From contig NC_068991.1 of the NCBI RefSeq assembly GCF_001194135.2, forward strand, positions 64,178,103 through 64,242,102: a stretch of DNA of 64,000 bases, written 5' to 3'. Under the pieces are notes generated by a model that saw only the letters and a list, made by a program, of their open reading frames with translations, had not been told where the DNA came from and ran no database searches. This DNA is from Octopus bimaculoides. Lineage: Eukaryota. This document shows positions 38,853-50,845 of the stretch, piece after piece. Both the position numbers and the translations under genes were made by a program. The stretch's first letter is position 1, and each line of letters begins with the position of its first letter.

Positions 38853-39213
38853 CTTTTATTATTTTACTTATTTTAGTCATTTGACTGCGGCCATGCTGGA
38901 GCACCGCCTTTAGTCGAGCGAATCGACCCAGAACTTATTCATTGTAAGCCTAGTACTTATTCTATCGGCCTCTTTTGACGAACCGCTAAGTTACGGGAAC
39001 TAAACACACCAGCATCGGTTGTCAAGTGATGTTGAGGAGACAAACACGGACACACAAACATACACACGCACATACATACGTATATACATATATACGACGA
39101 GCTTCTTTCAGTTTCAGTCTACCAAATCCACTCATAAGGCTTTGGTCAGTCCGAGACTATAGTAGAAGACACTGGCCCAAGGTGCCACGCAGTGGGACTG
39201 AACCCGGGACCAT
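38853..39213 (-). mobile_element. SINE family A, head-truncated
   Basis: 'agtcatttgactgcggccatgctggagcaccgcctttagtcgag..ggtgccacgcagtgggactgaacccgg'. Confidence 0.93.
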
Positions 39214-39632
39214 AATTATATATACTTGGTAGTACAGTTACTACTCTCATCACTTCCTGATATTTTACAAATAGCTACTTTGCATGTTGCCAATCAATGA
39301 CCGATGGTCGCTTTGTTTACAAAATATTGCTAGCTAGAGTGAACTCTGGCCATCTCTCTGGCGATCAAGTGTTCGCGACTGAAAATGAGCAAACTAGCTC
39401 CAAACTGAGTCACTCACGCGATCCTGTCGTTTGCTGGAAGAAGATAGGGGTTCGCTTCCTGTTGCCAATATATATGTACAGGGCGCAGTGCTGAACGGAT
39501 AACCACCGGGCGGAAGTTCTGCCTGAAGTTAAACTAGTAGAAACATGGAAGAGCCACTTTGATGTGGCGATTAACTTTACTTGTTAGTATAGTTACAGCT
39601 CACATCTCATCCTGAGATATCACAACCACTAC

Positions 39633-39661
39633 TTACACGCACACGTACACACACACACACT

Positions 39662-39721
<60 letters not shown>

Positions 39722-39730
39722 CATATATAA

Positions 39731-39762
<32 letters not shown>

Positions 39763-39787
39763 GTATATATATGTATGAATACATATC

Positions 39788-39860
<73 letters not shown>

Positions 39861-39990
39861 GTATGTATGTATATATAAATATGCATATATATGATATATC
39901 TATATATATTATATACACTATACACACACACGCTTATATACATATATACGAGCTTATTTATAAATAAATTATTAATATATATATGTGTGC
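39633..39990. repeat. (CA)n/(TA)n compound microsatellite
   Basis: Directly visible. Confidence 0.95.
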
Positions 39991-40502
39991 ATGTGTGTTT
40001 TGTGGGTTTATGAGTGTATGAGTGTGCCCGTGTGTACAGAAGCAAAACGCCTCAGATAAAATACGTGTGTTCACCTTGTTACACCGACGTGTCATTGCTT
40101 CTTACGATATTCACGCCTTCCCAGCTGTCTTTTGACACTTATCGTTGTTTTCTGTATCTTATATAATAAAAACTGGAGGATAGAAAATAATGTTTCGAAA
40201 ACAAATGGCCAATAGCTAGCATAAGAAATATAATAACAATCGAGAAAAATGGCCACGAGTTATTTAGCCTGATGGTTCGACATTTTGATATCTTTATTTC
40301 ATTGTTATGTTTGAGATATCTTTGTGTATGTCGTTGCTTCCTTTTGCTTGCATTCCCCGTTTTCCACTCGTCTATAATGATATCTTTCTTGATGGCATCT
40401 GACATTTATGTTTTTCCTCAATTTCTATGTGATATATTTTTTATCATAATCATTGAATGGCCATATTCCATTTTTTTTATATAAATAAATACGTACAGTT
40501 AT

Positions 40503-40535
<33 letters not shown>

Positions 40536-41464
40536 NNNNNNNNNNNNNNNNNNNNNNNNNNNNNNNNNNNNNNNNNNNNNNNNNNNNNNNNNNNNNNNNN
40601 NNNNNNNNNNNNNNNNNNNNNNNNNNNNNNNNNNNNNNNNNNNNNNNNNNNNNNNNNNNNNNNNNNNNNNNNNNNNNNNNNNNNNNNNNNNNNNNNNNNN
40701 NNNNNNNNNNNNNNNNNNNNNNNNNNNNNNNNNNNNNNNNNNNNNNNNNNNNNNNNNNNNNNNNNNNNNNNNNNNNNNNNNNNNNNNNNNNNNNNNNNNN
40801 NNNNNNNNNNNNNNNNNNNNNNNNNNNNNNNNNNNNNNNNNNNNNNNNNNNNNNNNNNNNNNNNNNNNNNNNNNNNNNNNNNNNNNNNNNNNNNNNNNNN
40901 NNNNNNNNNNNNNNNNNNNNNNNNNNNNNNNNNNNNNNNNNNNNNNNNNNNNNNNNNNNNNNNNNNNNNNNNNNNNNNNNNNNNNNNNNNNNNNNNNNNN
41001 NNNNNNNNNNNNNNNNNNNATATATATATATATATACGTACTCGCAATAATTGTATGCGTATGTACCTGTTTGTTTATATATGTAAGAAAAATCCTGTTT
41101 CTGCTTAAGCTGAGTGTGTCTGAGAAATGTATATCTGCGTGTTTTATGAAATGTCTATGTGTAAAATTTATATAATGTCTTTGTGTGTGTCGTTATCTGT
41201 TACTTTCACTTTCTTTTTGCTTCCATTTTATTTGGCTCATATCAAACAGAACACAACTTGATTCTGTTTTATGAACGATTTTCTTTTTACAGCATTTGCT
41301 ATTTCTCTTATTCATTTATTTTCATCATCTTCTTTTGTATGTCGTAATATTTGCTTGAAGATTCGAAAGCAAAATTTATATAGGGCATCAATTTGCATTT
41401 CATCTCATCGCCAATTTCTACCAAGGGAATGACTTTCAAAGTATCTCCACGGAAAATTTCAAGC

Positions 41465-41483
41465 TTACACAACACACACACAC

Positions 41484-41523
<40 letters not shown>

Positions 41524-41524
41524 A

Positions 41525-41589
<65 letters not shown>

Positions 41590-41645
41590 AAACACACACA
41601 CACACACACACACTCTCGCACGCACGCAAACGCACAAGCACTAAC
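41465..41645. repeat. (CA)n microsatellite
   Basis: Directly visible. Confidence 0.95.
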
Positions 41646-42544
41646 ACAAACATACTCAAACAAACATGAATGTACAGCTCGAGTTCCACTGTCGTTTATT
41701 TATTCTTCATTAAAATTTTTATATATCACCGCACCAGCATGTGCACTCAGACACACACTCACACACGCACACACACTCACCGGCAGACATACACACATAA
41801 ACGTTTATTTATGCAGCATAAAACATATTATATGTGTAACTTATAACATATATATTTGTGAGTGTATGTATGAGTGTGAATGTGTGTGTGTATTTACGTA
41901 CGTATATCTGAGTGTTTGTATGAGTGTGTGTTTACTCACACATACACATGCATACTATCTATGTTTTGATTTAGATGTGCGTTTGTGCAATTTTGTTTAA
42001 TATGGAGAATTCTTTACGTTATGTATTAAATTATTATTACGTCACTAGAAACATATATAATCTTATACTTTGGCATTTCAGGTTGCCTGCAGAAATACGT
42101 TCGTAGAGAAGAAAGTAAAACGAGTAAATCACTTTAAGTAACAGTTTATTTTACATAATAATGAATCTTATACATAATGATGGTAGCATTGTTGATCAGT
42201 GGCTACCTCGAATAGTTATGTACACACTGACCAATTTCTTGAAAGGTAATCCAACTACCACGGCTCGAATATGTCTATTTACGGTCAAGTGCATACTTCG
42301 GGAAAAATTTTATGAAAGCGAACAAGAAAAAGAAAGAAGGGTATAGATTTTTAAAAAAGTAAAAAGAATATATACAAATATATATTGAGGAAGCATTCGT
42401 TTGCCAAAATTAATTTTTCTTTCGAACATATCCAAGCTGATTACGATTTTGAAGAAAATCCTCCACAGATGAAGTTATCGTTCACCTAACCTCAACCCAT
42501 GGGAGATGTTTGTCCATGGTTGCTCGCCTTGCAAATAAACTTTT

Positions 42545-42975
42545 CAATAAGCACATGACCTGAAATTGTGGGGAGAGGTTAATCGATTTCATCGACTGCA
42601 ACACTTGATTGGTATTTACTTTATCGATCCCAAAAGGATGAACAACAAAGTTGACCTCAGCATGACTTGATCTGAGAATGTAAAACCAGAGGAAATGCCA
42701 TTAAGTATTTTGCCCAAAGGGCTAATGGTTTTACCCTCTCGCCACCTTCAACCTGCAAATAATCGTTTCTGCTATGGGCACAAGGCTTGGAATTTGTGGG
42801 CAGGGGTCTAGTCGATTACATCAACCCCAGTGCTTGACTGGTTCTTATTTTATCGCCCCTGAATTGATGAATAAATAAGTCGATCTCAGCAGCCTTGAAC
42901 TTAGAACGTAATACCTGAAGAAACGCCGCTGGGCATTATATCCGACGGGCTAATGATCCTGCGAAGACGCCTTAA
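42545..42975 (-). mobile_element. Two tandem SINE family C copies (about 42545-42750 and 42755-42975)
   Basis: Each has 'cacaagg/cacatga..aatt..ggg..gtcgatt.catc.ac..ca..cttga.tgg..ttt.atcg..cc' and the head motif 'gctaatg'. Confidence 0.75.
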
Positions 42976-42994
42976 ACCTGCAGATAATAACAGA

Positions 42995-43150
42995 CTAATT
43001 CCTTGATATGAGATCACCATGTTGCGCACATATGGTTGTGATGCACGTGCCTGGTGTATCCTTATCAGCTGGGTAGTCATGATGGGTATCCTGGGCTTCG
43101 TATATTTTACCCCAGTGCCACTTTGATGGCATGTACTGCTCTCTCACTCG

Positions 43151-43212
<62 letters not shown>
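42995..43212 (+). mobile_element. Probable retroposon 3' end with (TAA)n tail
   Basis: Unique-looking 150 bp ending abruptly 'ctctctcactcg' followed by about 20 TAA units. Family assignment uncertain. Confidence 0.45.
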
Positions 43213-43233
<21 letters not shown>

Positions 43234-43465
43234 CTTTACGACCTGCACCAAGAAGGCTTCTGTAGGTAAGGGGAAGGTTTGAAGGCAATATCAAGACTTT
43301 GACAAGAAAAGCCATAACATGGACAATACTTCAAACGACCTGGGGTGGCTGATGTAGATATATGAAGAACACATCAGTGGCGGCAGAGTGTTTGTTTGAA
43401 AGCCGAAACAGAAAGATTCATTCTAGCCGCACAAGACCAGCGTCTCCTCATCCGGAACTATGAAG
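43213..43465 (+). mobile_element. R4/Dong-like LINE fragment, starting right after (TAA)n
   Basis: *QEKP*HGQYF..ADVDI*RTHQW..LKAETERFILAAQDQ..RNY (cf. W.EKPLHGQY..THQWL..LKAETEGFILAAQDQ). Confidence 0.8.
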
Positions 43466-44218
43466 TTATTATTTCATATACTCACAACAGATTAAACTGT
43501 TGGAGAAGAAAGAATTCTTACATCATGCTACAACAAAAAATCTTAGATGCCATAAACCTTCCTAAGTATCGTAGCTACCTCTAAAAACACTTTTCTGGAG
43601 CTGCATGCAATTTTCTCTATCCATCTGATCAAATCTTTAGGAATAGTTCCTAGTGCACCTATAACTGCAGGGATACATTTTACCTGCACTTTCCATGGTT
43701 TCTGTAACTCAATTCCTTGGTCATAGTACATTACTATTTTCTCTATAAATCTCACACTGACGTTCTCGTCATTTGGAACGGTAAAGTCAATTACGTGGCA
43801 TTTTCTTTTTTCTTTATCCGCTATTACTAAACAAAGCCTGTTAGCTTCTATTATTCTGTCAGTCTGGATGTTAAAATCCCACAAGCTCTTGTATGTCTTA
43901 ATTTCTAGCACTTTACTAAATTTATTATCATACCATTTATCAGTATGGTCAAATCCTAGCTTTCTATATAACTCCCAGTAGGTTACTCTCCTTAGTTTTT
44001 CATGTCTTTTCTGGTATTGTTTCTGTGCTAGCGTGCTATATTCACTTACTATATGAGTAACGCTTTCCTCTTTTGATTTACTTATCCTACATTGGGATAC
44101 ACCTATTTTTAGTCTCTCTTGGCCTTTATCCACTCAGTCCTCAATGCTTGATCTTTAGCTGCTACTAACAAATTTTCTCGTTTTCAGCCTTCCTTTCTGC
44201 AGCCATCACCATGGCTCA
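43466..44218 (-). mobile_element. 5'-truncated R4/Dong-like (RLE) LINE: zinc knuckle, restriction-like endonuclease and 3' UTR
   Basis: ORF 43543..44133: CR..EESVTHIVS..LAQKQYQKRH..YWEL..LWDFNIQTDRIIEANR..LVI..IDFTVP..EKI..VIGALG. Upstream AAKDQALRT. The 3' end finishes 'gaaataataa'. Confidence 0.9.
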
Positions 44219-44219
44219 C

Positions 44220-44267
<48 letters not shown>

Positions 44268-44290
44268 CATTATTATTATTATTATTATTG
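44220..44290. repeat. (ATT)n microsatellite at the 5' junction of the minus-strand Dong-like copy
   Basis: Directly visible. Confidence 0.95.
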
Positions 44291-44420
44291 AAGACGTCTA
44301 ATATTGTGATGTTGTGGAAAGAAGATATTTGCGTATACTGTGAATTTGTGTTGTCTGTCAACTCCCAAGGATCTCAGAGAGGAAGCACTTTAAGCAGTAT
44401 GCGTGCATTTCCAGTTGTTA

Positions 44421-44466
<46 letters not shown>

Positions 44467-44814
44467 CATCTTCATTTGTCTCTGCTGCATGTATTGTATT
44501 GTCTGTTGCTTGGAGGTTGTTCTAATATATTTAGTGGTGTCAAACAAACAAAATATTCCAGCAAAATGTCCCTGCAGAGCCGAACAAAGATTTTTATGCC
44601 AACAGCATGTTTACATGTCTTTGTTCTCCGTTACTTCGTGTTTTTTTTTTTTGCTATTGTATATTGCGTAGTGTATTGACAGCTTTTTTTACTGTAATAT
44701 AAATAATTGATGATACCTTCAAGTACTAATTTTTGTACGTAACACATTCTTCTGTTTGCTGTTTTCTCGTACGTGTTTTTTTTTGCGCAACAGTAGTAAT
44801 GGTTATGATGGTGA

Positions 44815-44818
44815 TAAC

Positions 44819-44917
<99 letters not shown>

Positions 44918-44943
44918 AAGAAGAAGAAGAAGAAGAAGAAGAG
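44815..44943. repeat. (AAT)n-(AAG)n compound microsatellite
   Basis: Directly visible. Confidence 0.95.
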
Positions 44944-46258
44944 CAACGATACCACAAAAACGAGCAGCAATTATTATTCTTGTTGTTGTCTTTGTGCTTT
45001 TGATGTGATTTACTTTGGCTCGTAAAAGGTGAGTTATTTTTGTTAGAAATGCCTTGTCTGGTTTGATTTTTCGTACGATTTTTCAATATGGGCTTTTCCT
45101 CTTTTTGTGTGAAGTGGGAGACAGGAAATGTGGGTCCTAAGATACCGCTTTCTTAGAGCAAGGAATTCACCATGTTATAAACTTTAATATTTAAAATCCT
45201 GGCAACATCGGAGGACACACACACTGCACTGTATGAGTTGGTGGGATTCAAAAAAGATTTCTGTGACTACGAATCTGAATAGCTGTGGTTCTTTTTTTTA
45301 CCTCACGTCTACATCTTGACTACCACATATAGCAGTTACGGAAAACCAGGAGACTACAGGAAGAGAAACAACGACGGCACTAATAACAACAGCAACAATT
45401 GTTACAACAACAACTATAATGAACACAACAACATCAGCAACAACAACAAAACACCAGTAGCAATAACAAGAATAGCGACGGAAGATACAAGAACAGCAGC
45501 AACAACAGCAACACGAACAATAAGGACAACGGCAAAGTATGTCGTGAGGACGACTCCACAGGCAGGCAATACTTTGCAGCGATGGCGGAAAAATCAACAA
45601 AATACTTCCCGATTTCCCTAAATGAAAGCGATGCCATCTGACACAAGCGTTAGAAATTGTGAAAGTAAATGAGAGAACAGTTCAAACTATAATCACAGAA
45701 CAATGCTTCGTCAACAAGAGTACTGTATCGCTGTGTGTTGGCAAAACAAAAGCAAAAACAAAATGAAAATGAAACCAAAAAAAAAGCATAGTAACAGCAG
45801 CACTCACCAAGTGGAACGATCCCTCAAAAATATATGTGCAAATATAGACCATGTGTCTTGGGCGAGACAATTTGGAGGCGAAAAGGTGGGTCCTCTTCAA
45901 AAGCGAAAACGTCACGTTAAAATACGCCATAGTTTTCATACGTGAAAGGTGACTCACCCTCTACCTAACTTATTTAGATAGAAGGATCTATCGTATTAAG
46001 TTGATGTTTTACTTGTGTCTGAAATCTGTGGGCCTGTGTTGTCTTGAAAGTAAGCAACACACTCCTTGACATAAAACAAACGGAGAGAGAGAGAGTTTTT
46101 GCTTAGAAACACACTAGATATCTTTCCCCAGATCAAACCAGAAAATGTGGAGCGAATCAAGTTTTTTGTCCACCTACTGGGATCACATTAGTGTTCCTCA
46201 TTATTCCCCCCCTCCTTTCAAAGAGGCGTTCCCGAGTTATTTCTATTGTTCATGTTTT

Positions 46259-46282
46259 CGTCGTTGTCGTCGTCATCGTCGT

Positions 46283-46319
<37 letters not shown>

Positions 46320-46354
46320 GTCGTCGTCGTCGTCGACATCGTCGTCATCATCAC

Positions 46355-46410
<56 letters not shown>

Positions 46411-46427
46411 ACAACAACAACAACATC
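46259..46427. repeat. (GTC)-(GCC)-(GTC)-(ATC)-(AAC) compound microsatellite
   Basis: Directly visible. Confidence 0.95.
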
Positions 46428-46789
46428 TTCATTAGCGTCATTATGTTAATAACATCATCATAACTATTGTAAAATGTATATATAACGCTACAAGCTGGAA
46501 TTGATGTTGGAGATGAAACTGAAGAAAAATCCATCGTCAAAGGAATCGACTCATGAAAGATGTTATCCTCGTATTGGCCTTATGACTCTCACTCATTTTC
46601 AATACACACATTAAAAGAAAATATTAATTTTTGTTTCTTCTCATACTATTATATATGTAAGCACCACATGAAGTCCTTTTCACTTAATAATGAAAAATAC
46701 AATCATAACAAGATTGCTTTACCATTATTGTATCCCTTTCATCTTGTATTTTTATTCAAAGTCAATAAGTTGGCTTTCTTCTGGCGATG

Positions 46790-46946
46790 TGTAGAGATCG
46801 TTTCTCTCATTACAGTTGAAAACGAGACTATGAATAAGGAGCTTCAAGATCGCCTTCATGGTATACACACCAGGCTTCTTATGACGGTTCAAAACGCATT
46901 GCAGTATGTCTACAAAATCGAAAAGATTTATTGTAAGATTCCACCT
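46790..46946 (+). mobile_element. LINE fragment (RTE-like group), post-RT region
   Basis: NKELQDRLHGIHTRLLMTVQN..KIYCKIPP resembles the LINE motif RLDG.YTRLL...N....H......YG..PP. Confidence 0.55.
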
Positions 46947-47187
46947 ATGGTTCAGGGTTCAATCCCACTGCGTGGCGCGTTGGGCAAGTGTCTTCTACTA
47001 TAGCCTCGGACCGACCAAAGCCTTGTAAGTGGATTTGGTATACGGAAACTGAAAGAAGCCCATTGTATGTATNNNNNNNNNNNNNNNNNNNNNNNNNNNN
47101 NNNNNNNNNNNNNNNNNNNNNNNNNNNNNNNNNNNNNNNNNNNNNNNNNNNNNNNNNNNNNNNNNNNNNNNNNNNNNNNNNNNNNNN

Positions 47188-47233
<46 letters not shown>

Positions 47234-47236
47234 CTG

Positions 47237-47267
<31 letters not shown>

Positions 47268-47486
47268 TTGTGTGTCTGTGTTTGTCCGCTCAACATCGCT
47301 TGACAACCGATGCTGGTTTGTTTGCGTCCCCGTAACATAGCGGTTCGGCAAAAAGAGACCGATAGAATAAGTACTAGGAGTACAAAGAATAAGTCCTGGG
47401 GTCAATTTGCTCGACTAAAGGCGGTGCTCCAGCATGGCTGCAGTCAAATGACTAAAACAAGTAAAAGAGTAAAAGAGTAAAAGAGT
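46947..47486 (+). mobile_element. SINE family A, head-truncated, with internal microsatellite and gap
   Basis: 'gggttcaatcccactgcgtggc..ttgggcaagtgtcttctactatagcctcgg'; tail (gtaaaaga)x3. Confidence 0.93.
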
Positions 47487-47869
47487 ATCTTTACTATTGC
47501 TGCTCAAAGGAAGATAAGCCTTACTGCCCATTGCTATTGTGCTGAATAGCAGAACCATATCAGATGCTATATTTTGAAAAATTCTGCAGAGTAACAGCGG
47601 GCGAAAACCACTGAGCTATATTGATGATATTGGTAGAAATACAAAACGTGAACTCGTGGACCTATAAAAGCAAGTAAGGGACAGAGAGTCCTGATTTAGT
47701 GAAACGCTTTTTGGTTGAGACCGTTTGAAGAAGATTTCTGTTGTACCATTTTTTGTATATGTATGTCAGAAGAGAAGAGGCTCTGTCCATGACGTTTGGT
47801 AACCTGCATCTGAGATCGATTATGTTCATGTTAAGCATGAGCTTGAATACCGAAACAGTTGACTCCTAC

Positions 47870-48110
47870 TGGGGAAATGAAAACTGAGTGCCGACAGAAT
47901 TCCAAAGAGTAGATGTTCTGTCTTGAAATATTCTTCGTGTAGTATTTAGTGGAACGCCTGTGACGTGAGACACCGTGGGGGCGATGCTAGAACCCATGGG
48001 TGAGCTGGGTAAGCCGGGTTGTTCAAAGAGCGCAGACCGTCCTATAAGCCACAAAGAGACGATATACGTGTGTGCGTTGTAGTGACCTCGTGTTGTCATT
48101 TTTGGTTTGA
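47870..48110 (-). mobile_element. CR1/L2-clade LINE fossil, C-terminal fragment
   Basis: RISSLC..GL and IFQDRTSTLWNSV..FP (cf. SFF.RT..LWN.LP..FP). Confidence 0.55.
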
Positions 48111-48176
48111 GTTTCTGCCCAAGTACACAACATCTACATCGCTTTATACTTATTTGAAACTATTATTTATAATGTA

Positions 48177-48397
48177 GGTTGGCGGTAAACTGGCAGAATC
48201 GTTAGTGCGCCGGTCGGAATGTTTAACGGCATTTCGTCCATTTTTACGTTCTGAGCTGAAGTTCTGCAGGGGTCGACTTTGCCTTTCATCATTTCAGGGT
48301 TGATAAAATAAGTACCAGTTGAAAACTAGGGGCGATTTAATTAACTTAGCCTCTCCTCCAAATCAGCTTGCATTGTGCTAAAATTTGAAACCATTAT
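48177..48397 (+). mobile_element. SINE family C, near full length
   Basis: 'ggcggtaaactggcagaatcgttagtgcgccgg..ttacgttctgagctgaag..gtgctaaaatttgaaaccatta'. Confidence 0.9.
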
Positions 48398-48984
48398 TAA
48401 TAATTTAAATAATGTTGTTATGTTATGCTGCTATGTGTGTATGTATCTGTGATGTTATAATATACTTCTGTTATGTACTCCTATGCTGTGCACATATGTC
48501 TTTCTATATTACATCTATAAACATATTTCTCTCCTGTAAAATATATTTTTGCTTTGTTATTGGATTCTATAACGTTCTTCTTTTTTTCTGACCGTATTAT
48601 CTACGACTACCATTAGGCAGCTAATATACATTCATAAGAGATTTTATTGTGTATTCATAGAATTTGCTTCTATTGTATTTTTAAAGCATATATTCCTATT
48701 GTGTAGTGAACGACTAAAGTCAAGAAAAAACTTGCGATAAAGCTAGCAAATGATGACGTATTAATTTCATACTGAAGTTATTTTAATTCAACTAGCTATC
48801 AATTGCTTTTGATAGAAGCATTAACATTATAATTGCAAGTTATACGCCTTTAAAACACATTCATGTTTTCACCGAAATTATCCCTAATGTTTAACCCCTA
48901 ATCAAAATATAACCCTGATATAGCAGTATAATTTCTTTGTATAATTGCTATCAGGAGCACATTATATGTTATTACTAGTAGAGT

Positions 48985-49300
48985 CATAAGTTGGCAGAAT
49001 CGTTTGCATCCCAGGAAAAAAGAGCTTATGCAGTATATTGTCTGTCCTCCCGTTCTGATTTCAAATTTTGCTGAAGTCGATTTTGAACTTCAGCCTTTCG
49101 GGGTCGAATAAATAAGTCAAGTACATCGACTTACACTCCCGCAATTGATGGCCTTGTGACAAAATTTGAAGTCATTATTTGTAGATTCATAAATGCAGTG
49201 AGTTGGTCGCATTTTTACCGCATCGGGTAAAATACTTAGCAGCATTTCTGACAACTCTTTACGCTGAATTCAAGTATCAGAGAGGTCCATTTTGCCTTTT
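48985..49300 (+). mobile_element. SINE family C copy (48985-49180) followed by a degenerate head (49200-49300)
   Basis: 'ttggcagaatcgttt','cctttcggggtcgaata','ccttgtgacaaaatttgaa'. Confidence 0.7.
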
Positions 49301-49313
49301 GTGTGTGTGTGTG

Positions 49314-49344
<31 letters not shown>

Positions 49345-50754
49345 NNNNNNNNNNTATATATATATATATATATATATATGATATAATATAATATAAAGAG
49401 AGCGCGGAGGTATAAGATGAAAAAAATTATTTCACCAATTGACATCCATACAACCATGATCTTTTATACACTCGTAATAAAATAATCATTACCAATTGGA
49501 CTAACCGGATTTCAACTGCATCGGACTATACATTACATCCTTTTGTTTTGTTTTCCTTACCATCTGGTTTGTAGCTTGATGTGTTAAACGAGCTTTTTTT
49601 TATGAGTACCACCGGATTAGGTAAATCTATATATTGTCCATTAAATTTATGTGTGTGTATATACATATATATATTTAGTAGTTACAGGGCCACATACTAT
49701 GTATTGTTTTAATGAATTCATAGAGAATAAAGAGAATATATGGCCCTGGAAAGGAGCGGAAGAAAATATCACGGGGAGATTAAATGTTCCAACGCTGACT
49801 TCCTGTTAGATAAATCCTTATCATTTATTGTACATAACATTGCGAGGCTTTCGAAATCCTATTAAGAAGTTTAGTACCACAACGGATCAATATAATGGTT
49901 TTATATTTCTCTGCCAATAGGATGTCTATTATATCGTTGTTTCGGCTCACCTTTGGGAGGTTTAACTCGTAGTAGCGAAAAGCTTACTTTACTGACTTGC
50001 ATTTAAAACACTGAAAATAAACACAGGAATTTTGGCTTCCAGCAAGTACATAGAAGCATGCATTCACCTTTCTATACATCAATCTTCCTCTAAAAGCATA
50101 AATACATACAAAAGTACGTACATTTTTCCATACAAGCGTACATGCTTTAATGCATATATAAATAAAACATCCGTACATACACGAATACATACAAAGAAAG
50201 CAAAACAAAAGAAAAACAGCAGTAGGCCTAAGTGGATCCAACGAGATATTTATCAATCATTCTAATCCCTTTGCAGGCTTTACGATTTGCATACCAACAG
50301 AAATAGTATGATCTTTCAACCACAACGTCTTTATCTAAAGTCTCTTGTTTAATTCTGGAACCTGAATCTAGTGTCGGATCTTACATGTATGCTTTGGTGC
50401 ATCAGTCATGCGCGACCAATTTACGTGATTTTTGCCATTGTATTTACTTAAGTCAGTTAACTCAATCGATTATCATCATCATCATCGTCATCATCATCAT
50501 CGTCATCATCATGATTGTTATTATTATTATTATTATTGTTGCTGTTGCTGTTGTTATATACTCCTGATAACAAGCATCGTTAGAATTTGGTTGCTGTTGC
50601 TGAGCAGTGCTTCTGAAAGGGTTGAAAGAATTTAATATCTATTTTTATTAGCTTACTACTATTTTCTTTCGACTGCCTAGTTATCTGTCTTTCTTTATTT
50701 TAAACTATATAGATATTTGTACATGTGTATATGTTTACACACATATACATATGT

Positions 50755-50845
50755 TTGTCTATCTATCTATACATCTATCTATATATCTATCTATCTTTCT
50801 ATCATCTATCTATCTATCTATCTATCTATTTATCTATTTATCAAT
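50755..50845. repeat. (TCTA)n microsatellite
   Basis: Directly visible. Confidence 0.9.

Noticed and set aside
45316-45621. Asn/Thr-rich ORF
   Set aside because: Derived from degenerate (AAC)n repeats; no homology recognised.
46800-46950. Apparent exon after 'ctcattacag'
   Set aside because: The peptide matches a LINE post-RT motif and runs into a SINE.
49950-50010. 60-nt minus-strand segment bounded by good acceptor and donor sites
   Set aside because: Stop codons in all three phases. It could only be non-coding and has no other support.
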